Source: an uncultured SAR116 cluster alpha proteobacterium (GTDB taxonomy: Bacteria; Pseudomonadota; Alphaproteobacteria; Puniceispirillales; GCA-002684695). From it: a DNA stretch of 64,000 nucleotides. A model generated the notes under the pieces. That model had not been told where the DNA came from, searched no databases, and saw nothing but the letters and a program-made list of their open reading frames with translations. Positions within the stretch are counted from its first letter, which is position 1. The number at the start of each line of letters is the position of its first letter. The translations under genes and the position numbers were made by a program. The stretch lies in NCBI GenBank assembly GCA_902539295.1, contig CACBIM010000003.1, positions 62,905 to 126,904 on the forward strand, written 5' to 3'. Shown here in pieces: positions 9,452-18,148 of this stretch.

Positions 9452-10954
9452 ATGGTAAACATAGAATTAAAAAATATCAGTAAATCCTTTGGTTCAGTTC
9501 AGGCAAATCAGGACATAAATATTAAAGTTAATAGTGGCGAGATACTTGGATTGCTTGGTGAAAATGGCGCAGGTAAAAGCACTTTAATGAATATACTGTG
9601 TGGACTTTACAGGCCAGATGACGGAAAAATAATAATTAACCAACAGGAAACTTATTTTGATAATCCTGGGGATGCTATAAAATCTGGTGTTGGAATGGTT
9701 CACCAACATTTTATGTTAGTGCCAATATTTACAGTCACAGAAAATGTTATTCTTGGTAATGAAAAAACTGGAAATCTTAATTATTTAAAGATTAAAGATT
9801 CAGAAAAAAAAGTTAAAGAAATCAGTGAAAAATACTCACTTCTTGTAAATCCAAAAGAAATCACTGAAAGACTTTCAGTTGGTGCACAGCAAAGAGTTGA
9901 AATAATAAAAGTATTATTCAGATCTGCTGAATTAATAATTTTTGATGAGCCAACTGCTGTTTTGACCCCACAAGAGGTAAAAGAATTATTCAAGATTATG
10001 AATGCTCTCAAAAAGAGCGGGAAGGCAATTATATTCATTACCCATAAGCTACACGAAGTTAGAGAAGTTTGTGATAAAATTAGTATTCTTAGAGCTGGAA
10101 TGATAGTTGGTGAGGCAGATCCAAAAAAAACATCTAATAAAGAGCTTGCAAATTTAATGGTTGGTCGCCCAGTAAATCTTAGTTTAGAGAGAAAGAAAAA
10201 CAAAACTGGCAACACCATTCTTGAAATTGATAACCTTTCTGTTCTTAACGAAAATAGGGAGTTAGCTTTAAACCAAATATCATTTAATGTTAAAGAAGGT
10301 GAAATTGTTGGAATTGCTGGTGTTCAGGGTAATGGGCAAACTGAATTAGTTGAATCAATTACAGGTTTGAGAGATTTTGTTGCAGGAAAGGTCTCATACT
10401 TTGAAAAAAAAATGGAATACATAACTCCCAGAGAAATACATAAATTAGGAATAAGGCATATTCCTGAAGATAGACAAAAGTCTGGTGTAATAGCTAACTT
10501 CACGGTTAGTGAAAATAAAATTTTAAATGATTATTACCAAAAGCCATTTTCAAGTAATTATATTATGAGTTGGGGAGATGTAGAAAGAGTTTCAGAGACA
10601 GTTGTGAAAAACTTTGACATTAGAACTCCTTCAATTTCAACACTTACTCAAAATCTTTCTGGGGGCAATCAACAAAAGCTTGTAGTAGGTAGAGAGTTAT
10701 CAAATAAAGTAGATTTTTTAATTGCCTCCCAACCGACTAGGGGTATAGATGTCGGTTCAATTGAATATATTCACAAACAGTTAATAGAAACAAGAAATAA
10801 TGGTAAAGGCATACTTTTGATCTCAACAGAACTTGATGAAATACTGACACTGTCAGATCGCATATTGGTATTATTTGAAGGTAAAATTATTAAAGAATTT
10901 TCATCAAATGCATCTACTGAGGAAATTGGATTAGCTATGGCGGGGCAATCTTAA
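9452..10954 (+). CDS. Nucleoside ABC transporter ATP-binding protein (CUT2, two NBDs)
   Basis: GENGAGKST, MVHQHFML, FDEPTAVL, LSGGNQQK, QPTRGID. Confidence 0.95.
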   Translation: MVNIELKNISKSFGSVQANQDINIKVNSGEILGLLGENGAGKSTLMNILCGLYRPDDGKIIINQQETYFDNPGDAIKSGVGMVHQHFMLVPIFTVTENVILGNEKTGNLNYLKIKDSEKKVKEISEKYSLLVNPKEITERLSVGAQQRVEIIKVLFRSAELIIFDEPTAVLTPQEVKELFKIMNALKKSGKAIIFITHKLHEVREVCDKISILRAGMIVGEADPKKTSNKELANLMVGRPVNLSLERKKNKTGNTILEIDNLSVLNENRELALNQISFNVKEGEIVGIAGVQGNGQTELVESITGLRDFVAGKVSYFEKKMEYITPREIHKLGIRHIPEDRQKSGVIANFTVSENKILNDYYQKPFSSNYIMSWGDVERVSETVVKNFDIRTPSISTLTQNLSGGNQQKLVVGRELSNKVDFLIASQPTRGIDVGSIEYIHKQLIETRNNGKGILLISTELDEILTLSDRILVLFEGKIIKEFSSNASTEEIGLAMAGQS

Positions 10955-12058
10955 ATGCGGGATTATCTAAAGAAAAAAATTATATCAGAAAATTTTGATT
11001 TTGAAGAAATTCTTCTTATACCAATTTTGGCAACACTTTTAGCTTTAATTATAGGTTGTTTATTCCTTCTTGCTACTGGAGAAACTTTTGAGAATATTTT
11101 AGTAGCTTTCACCAATCTTTTTATAGGGTCATTTGGTTCATTAAATGCTATTTCAGAAACTTGTACTGCAGCAACGCCGCTAATTTTTGCTGCTTTAGGT
11201 ATTGCATTAGCATTTAGAGCAGGACTATTCAACATTGGAGCCGAGGGACAAATTATTATTGGTGGAATGGCAGCTGTAATTATAGGTTTTTCTATTGATT
11301 TTTTACCAATTTGGTTGCATTTGCCACTTGCACTTTTATTTGGAGCAATTTTTGGTGCTTTGTATGCAGCAATAGCTGGATGGCTGAAAGCAACTACAGG
11401 TGCTCATGAAGTAATTTCAACAATTATGCTTAATCTAATTGCTCTTAGGCTTTTGGACTATTTTTTGAGGTTGCCAGTAATCCAAAAAGAGGGAAGAAAT
11501 GACCCAATATCCAAATCAGTACTCGAAACTGCACAACTACCTCAAATTTTATCTTTTATTGAACCACAATTGAGACTTCATAGCGGTTTTATACTTATGC
11601 TAGTTGCAGTAGTTTTTATTTATTGGCTATTATTCCATACAACGATTGGTTTTGAATTTAGATCAACAGGGTCAAACTCCAATGCAGCACAGTACGCAGG
11701 CATTAAAGCATCACTTACCATCGTTTTAGTGATGGGTATTGCTGGAGCATTGGCAGGTCTTGCTGGTGCAAATCAAATTATGGGTGTTTTAGGAAGAGCT
11801 ACTCCTGGGTTTTCTGCTAGTATTGGATTTGATGCAATTGCAGTTGCATTGTTAGGTAGATCACATCCAATTGGAGTTCTTTTCGCAGGATTGTTATTTG
11901 GAGCTCTAATAGCTGGTGGAAGATTAATGCAAGTAAAAGCTGGTGTCAGTATTGATCTAATTACTATAATACAAGCTTTAATAATTGTCTTTATAGCTGC
12001 CCCATTGTTAGTTAGAAATGCAGTTCCATGGGCATTCAAAACAAAAGATAAAAGTTAA
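10955..12058 (+). CDS. Nucleoside ABC transporter permease
   Basis: FRAGLFNIGAEGQ, HEVISTIMLN, GFDAIAVALLG. Confidence 0.94.
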   Translation: MRDYLKKKIISENFDFEEILLIPILATLLALIIGCLFLLATGETFENILVAFTNLFIGSFGSLNAISETCTAATPLIFAALGIALAFRAGLFNIGAEGQIIIGGMAAVIIGFSIDFLPIWLHLPLALLFGAIFGALYAAIAGWLKATTGAHEVISTIMLNLIALRLLDYFLRLPVIQKEGRNDPISKSVLETAQLPQILSFIEPQLRLHSGFILMLVAVVFIYWLLFHTTIGFEFRSTGSNSNAAQYAGIKASLTIVLVMGIAGALAGLAGANQIMGVLGRATPGFSASIGFDAIAVALLGRSHPIGVLFAGLLFGALIAGGRLMQVKAGVSIDLITIIQALIIVFIAAPLLVRNAVPWAFKTKDKS

Positions 12059-12059
12059 T

Positions 12060-13307
12060 ATGAATAATTTGGAACAAAATAAATATGGTAACGAAAAACA
12101 AGCTCTTTTAACAGGTTACTTGTTAGTTGTTTTTGGAATTTTTATATCATTTTTCTTTGGGTTTGGCATCGATGGTGATGCAGTTTTTAAACTTTCAAGG
12201 CCACGTGATACATTTGTTTTACCTAACCTTGTGGTTCCAGCCAGTGAATATAATATTTTAGTTTCATTTGTACTTATTTTCTTAGGTGCAAGAATAATTC
12301 TCAGGCGAATGACTTCATATTCTAGTCTTTATCTAGGAGCTGGCTTATTTTTACTAGTAACCTGTTTTTTAGTTTGGGCTACAGCAGGAAAATCATTTTC
12401 TTTAACTGGAATGATGCAAGCTACCGTAGTAAGAGCAACTCCAATAGCTTTAGCAGCATTAGCTGGCATTCTTTCAGAGAGAGTTGCGATTATAAATATT
12501 GGTATTGAAGGCATGCTGTTAGTAGGTGCTTTTTCGGGGGCAGTTTTTGGATCACTTTTTGGGGGAATTATAGGTTTAATATTTGCTATTATAGTAGGAG
12601 GTTTATTTGGATTGTTGCATGCACTACTTGTAATAAGATACCGTGTAGACCAGATTATTTCTGGAGTTGCAATTAATATTCTAGCCCTAGGACTTACTAG
12701 CTTTTTAACCTCATCTTTTCTGAAAACAAATCCGGAACTTAATGATGCACCAATTTTTAGACCTATAAAAATCCCTTTTTTAAGTGATATTCCAGTATTA
12801 GGCCCTACTTTGTTTCAACAAAACTTCTTTGTATATGGTGCAATAATATTAGTTCTTACTACAACATATTATATTTTCAAAACAGGTATCGGTCTAAGAC
12901 TTCGTGCTGTGGGAGAGCATCCAAAAGCTGCTGACACACTTGGAGTAAATGTTTTAAGGGTCAGATACATAAATGTAACTCTAGCTGGCATGGTGGCAGG
13001 TTTTGGTGGTGCTTGGTTTACACTAGGAAGTGTTGGACGTTTTGATGAAGCAATGACTGGAGGAAGAGGCTTTATTGGCTTGGCAGCTATGATTTTTGGA
13101 AGATGGCATCCAGTGGGAGCACTTATGGCTGCTTTAATATTTGGCTTTGCAGACTCTTTACAACAGAAACTTGCCATTTTAAGAACACCCATACCTTCAG
13201 AATTCTTGGCAATGGCTCCGTACATTGCAACAATAGTGTTTGTAGCAGGTTTAATTGGAACTGCAAGAGCACCGCATGCTATTGGTAAGCCTTACATTAA
13301 AGAATAA
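12060..13307 (+). CDS. Nucleoside ABC transporter permease 2
   Basis: SER--IINIGIEG, GLRLRAVGEHP, GRGFIGLAAMIFG; start moved to ATG at 12060. Confidence 0.93.
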   Translation: MNNLEQNKYGNEKQALLTGYLLVVFGIFISFFFGFGIDGDAVFKLSRPRDTFVLPNLVVPASEYNILVSFVLIFLGARIILRRMTSYSSLYLGAGLFLLVTCFLVWATAGKSFSLTGMMQATVVRATPIALAALAGILSERVAIINIGIEGMLLVGAFSGAVFGSLFGGIIGLIFAIIVGGLFGLLHALLVIRYRVDQIISGVAINILALGLTSFLTSSFLKTNPELNDAPIFRPIKIPFLSDIPVLGPTLFQQNFFVYGAIILVLTTTYYIFKTGIGLRLRAVGEHPKAADTLGVNVLRVRYINVTLAGMVAGFGGAWFTLGSVGRFDEAMTGGRGFIGLAAMIFGRWHPVGALMAALIFGFADSLQQKLAILRTPIPSEFLAMAPYIATIVFVAGLIGTARAPHAIGKPYIKE

Positions 13308-13311
13308 TTTT

Positions 13312-13722
13312 ATGTCAGTAAGCGATTTAATTAAAAACAAACTTTACGACAAAGCAAAAACTGTAATGGAGAAGGCTTATGCTCCTTATTCAAAATTCAA
13401 AGTTGGCGCAGCAATATTTGATGAAAATGGGAAATACCATGTTGGATGCAATATTGAAAATTCTGCATACCCGATTGGTAATTGTGCAGAAGCATCAGCA
13501 ATTTCTGCAATGATAGCATCAAATGGAAATAAAATAATTGCTATTTCAGTTACAGGCTATGGAAATCTTTTGTGTACACCATGTGGGGGTTGCAGACAAA
13601 GAATAAGAGAATTTGCATCATTAAATGTCCCAATAATTGTTGGAAACGAAAAAGAGATAAAAAAAATATTCACTTTAGAAGAATTATTACCTTATTCTTT
13701 TGGACCAGAAAATTTAGTTTAG
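13312..13722 (+). CDS. cdd: Cytidine deaminase
   Basis: AYAPYSKFKVGAA, NIEN, CAE and PCGGCRQ zinc motifs; start moved to ATG at 13312. Confidence 0.95.
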   Translation: MSVSDLIKNKLYDKAKTVMEKAYAPYSKFKVGAAIFDENGKYHVGCNIENSAYPIGNCAEASAISAMIASNGNKIIAISVTGYGNLLCTPCGGCRQRIREFASLNVPIIVGNEKEIKKIFTLEELLPYSFGPENLV

Positions 13723-13755
13723 TACTAATTTTTATTTGTAATTTTAATCTGAGAC

Positions 13756-13784
13756 TTGCACTTAAATATTTATAAGTTTATAAG
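13756..13784 (+). promoter_or_regulatory. Putative sigma70 promoter of tRNA-Thr
   Basis: TTGCAC-17 nt-TATAAG ending 14 nt upstream of the tRNA. Confidence 0.5.
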
Positions 13785-13798
13785 ACAAATGTATTATT

Positions 13799-13874
<76 letters not shown>

Positions 13875-13887
13875 TTAAAATCAATGG

Positions 13888-13915
13888 ATTAGCTAATCGG
13901 TGCTAATTTTTTTTT
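13888..13915 (+). terminator. Likely tRNA-Thr terminator
   Basis: ATTAGC-taatcggt-GCTAAT followed by a T tract. Confidence 0.55.
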
Positions 13916-13921
13916 GTTTCT

Positions 13922-13941
13922 GGGGAAACACAGGGGAAACA
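13922..13941. repeat. GGGGAAACA direct repeat (11-bp period), integrase arm-site-like
   Basis: Exact copies at 13922-13930 and 13933-13941; related GGGTAAACAC at 17726-17735. Confidence 0.55.
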
Positions 13942-14072
13942 TTTTCTTAAAATATTCCATTATTTATACCCCTAGGTAAAGGAATATTGAAGTAATGATG
14001 ATGGGGGGTCAAAACTTAGCTCCCTATTAGATACTAATATCCTGGCCTCACATTTTTTTCATAAAGAGTTTT

Positions 14073-15233
14073 TTATTGTTGTAATATTTTTTGGGTAATA
14101 ACGAATAATTTTTGGATATTCACGAAAAATTCTGTAAATCCTGAAGACAGATATATCCAAAAAGAAAAATTAGTATCGGAAAAAAACCAATCACGAAACA
14201 TCAAAATCAAAACCAGCAAAGAAAATGCGGCAAGAAACAACACAATCATCATCACAATTATAACTAATGACGCCAAAGCATCACTTAATTTCAAGGAGAC
14301 AGCTCGACGCATCAATTGATTAAAATACATTTCACAAAAGATGATTAGGCCTGTCGGTAAAACTGGCGCAAATAATAATACCATAACAGGGTGAAGAAAA
14401 AGTTGGTCAGAAAATAGTAGACCAATAAAAAAGAGAAAATACGCTACTAATGAATAAAGAAAAAATAAAACTTTGTAACCATTGTGATTTATTATCAGCT
14501 TATCAGTTTTGGGATTCCAATAAATTTCTTGTTCATTCTTGTAATGGTTTCTTGAAGGTTGTCTAATATTGTATTGCATTTCATCAACGGTAAATGTCCA
14601 GCCCTCAGTGATGAGTCCACTAGTTACCCCCCCCTCTGTCACACTGCTATACTCCACTATATTGTTAGGTCTTGCAAAAACCTTTACCCAACCTTTTTTA
14701 AAATATGCTTTTCTTAGTCTCCAGAATGCTAACAAACTGTATAGAAACGAACATACAAACCAAACTTTGAAAGTATCGTAAAAGAAAAAGCGAAATTCAA
14801 AATATAAAAATAGAGGAAAAAAAAGGAAAAAAAATACTATACTGCCTCCTATTTCGTTGCCCATATCATTTCCACCAAGGTTAAAACCACCAACTTTTTG
14901 CACTGGTTTAGGTTCGGGAATATAATCTTCAGGAATATTTTTCGTATTAACGACTTGTCCATTTGATGGACTTTCTGCTTTCTCATCTAAAGCATCTTTT
15001 GCTTCTTTCTTTCCTGTTAGAATATCCTTTTTTTTTGAGTAGATTTCACTAACAATTATAATTGAAATTATCCACACGAGAAATACAATCAATATAGCAA
15101 TCAATATAGCCGCTTTTGATTCAAAATAATTACCAATAAGGCCCATGGAACATGCCAAATAAACAAAGGTGAAAAACCAAAACCTTACTCTAAATTTTTT
15201 AAGACTCTCGTCTTCTTTCACAACCTTACCCAT
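14073..15233 (-). CDS. Multi-pass membrane protein with a central DUF3592-like soluble domain
   Basis: About 7-8 hydrophobic segments; W-KV-A...WTFTVDE-QY...EIYWNPK resembles DUF3592; start taken at ATG 15233. Confidence 0.7.
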   Translation of the reverse strand: MGKVVKEDESLKKFRVRFWFFTFVYLACSMGLIGNYFESKAAILIAILIVFLVWIISIIIVSEIYSKKKDILTGKKEAKDALDEKAESPSNGQVVNTKNIPEDYIPEPKPVQKVGGFNLGGNDMGNEIGGSIVFFFLFFPLFLYFEFRFFFYDTFKVWFVCSFLYSLLAFWRLRKAYFKKGWVKVFARPNNIVEYSSVTEGGVTSGLITEGWTFTVDEMQYNIRQPSRNHYKNEQEIYWNPKTDKLIINHNGYKVLFFLYSLVAYFLFFIGLLFSDQLFLHPVMVLLFAPVLPTGLIIFCEMYFNQLMRRAVSLKLSDALASLVIIVMMIVLFLAAFSLLVLILMFRDWFFSDTNFSFWIYLSSGFTEFFVNIQKLFVITQKILQQ

Positions 15234-15467
15234 GATTAAAATCAAAATGTATCATAATTTCTCTAAGGATCTATGCTACATCCGTAGCATCTTGGGTACT
15301 TCTGTAGATAAAGTATAATAGGTATGCAAGTTAGTGATTCAGATTGGGATGGTAAAAAACATTAAATATTACAATACACTATTACATTATTACTTCCTCT
15401 ATAGCCTCATTGAAATAAAAGTGCTACCACTGTAATTCTTTATATATATACTAATTAGATTTAGGTT

Positions 15468-17675
15468 ATGAAACAAACAATCCTCACTCTGTGCCTGATA
15501 TTATTTGCTCTACCTATTTGGGGTCAGACAACTTTTAGTGGTGGCAATATAAGTGGAGGTAAAATCACTTCTAAAGAAGATGGTTCAAATAAATCTCCAA
15601 TACCTGAGAAAAAAAAAGATATAGAGTGGGTTGAAGGTTTATACGCAAAGTCTTTAAACAATGTATTTAGTATTTCTAGTAAAGATTATAGTAAATTTAC
15701 TGAAACTGGAGAAACTCAGATTATTCCAATTGGTACTGGTGACTTTTCAGGTGACGGTATTCCTGAATTTGTATATGCAATTCAATATTGGGATTTAAAA
15801 AAAGGTTCTAAAATTAAGCCAATATTTTTGACTTCAATTCCTGGAGAAGGCTTTTCTTTGTTTAAACCAATTATGGATATAGTTCCATATACTGGTGCAC
15901 CTAGAAGTTCAATTATTAAGGACTTAAATGGTGATGGAGTAAATGATATTTTTATAGCTGATCATGGAGTGGATCATGAACCATATCCAGGTAATCAGAA
16001 TACATTAATCTTGAGCGCCCCAAATGGAAAATTTATTGATGCTACACCGAGTCTTCCAAAGATAGTTGACTTTACACATGGAGTTACAAGTGGAGATATT
16101 GATAAAGATGGAGATTTAGACTTATTTGTAACCCAAGCTGGCGCCCAATTCCATGTACCCCATTACTTCTTGAGAAATGATGGTGAAGGCAAATTCACAA
16201 AAGTTCCTGATGGAAAAATATTAGATAGAAGTTTTTCTTATATTTCAAAAGCTTCTAATCATAAAAGAAGGAATTTTTATTTTACTCCCGGCTTAGAGTT
16301 TATTGATAATGATGACAAACTTGACTTGATACTTTTAAGTGGAAAAATGGAAGGTAATGAAAACAACAAAATAGTTTTTGGATCTAATTCTGGTTTTAAA
16401 AAGAAAGATGCCTTAGAGCTTGAAAATGGTAGATTTGGAAATAAAAGTTTAGGATATAATTACCTTCTTACAGACATTGATAATGATGGTGATAAGGATT
16501 TAATTATACTGCACTCCACAAAAAACCGTTCTGCCACGGGTACAGACTTGCAGGTTCTTATCCAAGAAAAAAATAGGCAATTTATTGACAAAAGTAATTT
16601 TTATTTTCCACATATTACATTTGATTATGGAACTTGGGGCATGTCACTTAATTTGGTAGACATTAATAACGATGACATGAAAGATCTAATTATAACTTCT
16701 TATTTTGGAATTGAAGATCGTGTTCAACAGAAGGTTGGAGATCAAATTAAAGAATCAATTCCAAAAGTTTTTATTAGGCAAGTTGATGGATCATTTAGGG
16801 CTCTAAAAAATTTTCTTCTAACGGGTGGTAAAAACTTTACCGTTTGTGGAATTCGCCCAATTGATATAGACAACGATGGAATTATAGAATTTGTTGTTCA
16901 TAGACGTACTGATGATGGTTTTATTTTACAAGTATTAGAATTGACTACTAATAAAGAAGAAGCAATGTATAAACTAATAGAACCTATAGAAAAAAGTTTA
17001 TTATATGATGGTAGTTATTTATTTACTATATCACGCTTTAGCGAAGATGAAGGCTCTCAGTCTATAGGAAAAGGAATAATAGAGATTAAAAATGGTATGT
17101 TGTCTGTAGCGAAAGAGGAGCGAATTCTAGAAACTGGCGCAATAGGTTTATATGATTCATTTAAAGGTCAAATTGATAAGGAAGGAAATATTGTAAGCTC
17201 ATTAAAAATGGATGTATTGTGGGGGAAAAAGGATACAAAATTATTAAACTTAAATGGTAATTTAAAAGATAAAATAAAAGGGAATTGGGACAAAGCTTAT
17301 GATGTGGTTATTAAAATCAAGAAAAATGAATCTACCAGTTTATTATATGACGGAAAATACCCTTTTACTATTTCACGCTTTAACGAAGATGAAGGCTCTA
17401 AGTCTATAGGGAAAGGAATAATTGAGATTAAAAATGACATGATATCTGTAGTAAAAGAGGAGCGTATATTAGAAACTGGTTCAATAGATTTGTATAATAC
17501 ATTAAAAGGTCAGATTGATAAGGAAGGAAATATTATAAGCTCACTAAAAATGGATGTGTTGTGGGGAAAAGAGAGTTCAAAATTAGTAAAATTAAATGGC
17601 AATATTAGAAGTGAGTTAAAAGGAAAATGGGATAAAGCTTTTTATGTAATCCTCAAGTTGGGAAAAAAAGAGTAA
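15468..17675 (+). CDS. Secreted FG-GAP/VCBS-repeat beta-propeller protein with tandem C-terminal domain
   Basis: Signal peptide; seven D-x-(D/N)-x-DG-type Ca-binding loops (GDFSGDG, DLNGDG, DIDKDG, FIDNDD, DIDNDG, DINNDD, DIDNDG); two ~114-aa repeats. Confidence 0.88.
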   Translation: MKQTILTLCLILFALPIWGQTTFSGGNISGGKITSKEDGSNKSPIPEKKKDIEWVEGLYAKSLNNVFSISSKDYSKFTETGETQIIPIGTGDFSGDGIPEFVYAIQYWDLKKGSKIKPIFLTSIPGEGFSLFKPIMDIVPYTGAPRSSIIKDLNGDGVNDIFIADHGVDHEPYPGNQNTLILSAPNGKFIDATPSLPKIVDFTHGVTSGDIDKDGDLDLFVTQAGAQFHVPHYFLRNDGEGKFTKVPDGKILDRSFSYISKASNHKRRNFYFTPGLEFIDNDDKLDLILLSGKMEGNENNKIVFGSNSGFKKKDALELENGRFGNKSLGYNYLLTDIDNDGDKDLIILHSTKNRSATGTDLQVLIQEKNRQFIDKSNFYFPHITFDYGTWGMSLNLVDINNDDMKDLIITSYFGIEDRVQQKVGDQIKESIPKVFIRQVDGSFRALKNFLLTGGKNFTVCGIRPIDIDNDGIIEFVVHRRTDDGFILQVLELTTNKEEAMYKLIEPIEKSLLYDGSYLFTISRFSEDEGSQSIGKGIIEIKNGMLSVAKEERILETGAIGLYDSFKGQIDKEGNIVSSLKMDVLWGKKDTKLLNLNGNLKDKIKGNWDKAYDVVIKIKKNESTSLLYDGKYPFTISRFNEDEGSKSIGKGIIEIKNDMISVVKEERILETGSIDLYNTLKGQIDKEGNIISSLKMDVLWGKESSKLVKLNGNIRSELKGKWDKAFYVILKLGKKE
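16995..17672 (+). repeat. 342-bp in-frame tandem duplication
   Basis: Units start AGTTTATTATATGA at 16995 and 17337; 81/112 aa identical by manual alignment. Confidence 0.95.
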
Positions 17676-18148
17676 GTAAATAAAAGCCACTTAAATATTT
17701 ATTTGCATCTATTAAAACCGTTAAAGGGTAAACACTTAAATTTCCTGATCTGTAACATCACCTATATACAAATATCACATAGGTTGTGTATGGTCCATGC
17801 ATGGGTGTCACATTTAAACTGATTATTTAGTTAGGTATTATTTTATCTTAATTAGTATTTCAATGTATCACTTACCTATACTAAGAACATAATCTTAGGT
17901 TATACAAATCTGTAGACAATTTGTGCCTGTTGACACAAAAACTGTTTCAATAAACTGTTGGCATTACTTGTAATGATATGAGATTGGTGCTTGTAGCAGT
18001 AAAATTGACGTGATACCGGCACCATTTACCAAATAGATATTATAAATAAAAGTGAAATTGAACTTAGTATTATAAATATAGTAATAATTATTAACCAGTA
18101 AGTTCTTTCATTCATAAGAAATATTTTGAATATTTATATGTTATAATA

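Noticed and set aside
16995-17672. Repeat pair as the template/variable repeats of a diversity-generating retroelement
   Set aside because: Differences are not adenine-specific and many are synonymous third-position changes; both copies are in-frame in one ORF; no reverse transcriptase in the window.
17882-17910. dif/pdif-like Xer site (TAAGAACATAA-TCTTAGG-TTATACAAATC)
   Set aside because: The spacer is 7 bp rather than 6 and the XerD arm matches TTATGTTAAAT poorly; compatible with chance in AT-rich DNA.
13875-18010. Integron cassette array (attC sites)
   Set aside because: The genes are divergent, there are no paired RYYYAAC/GTTRRRY boxes flanking each ORF, and no integron integrase is present.
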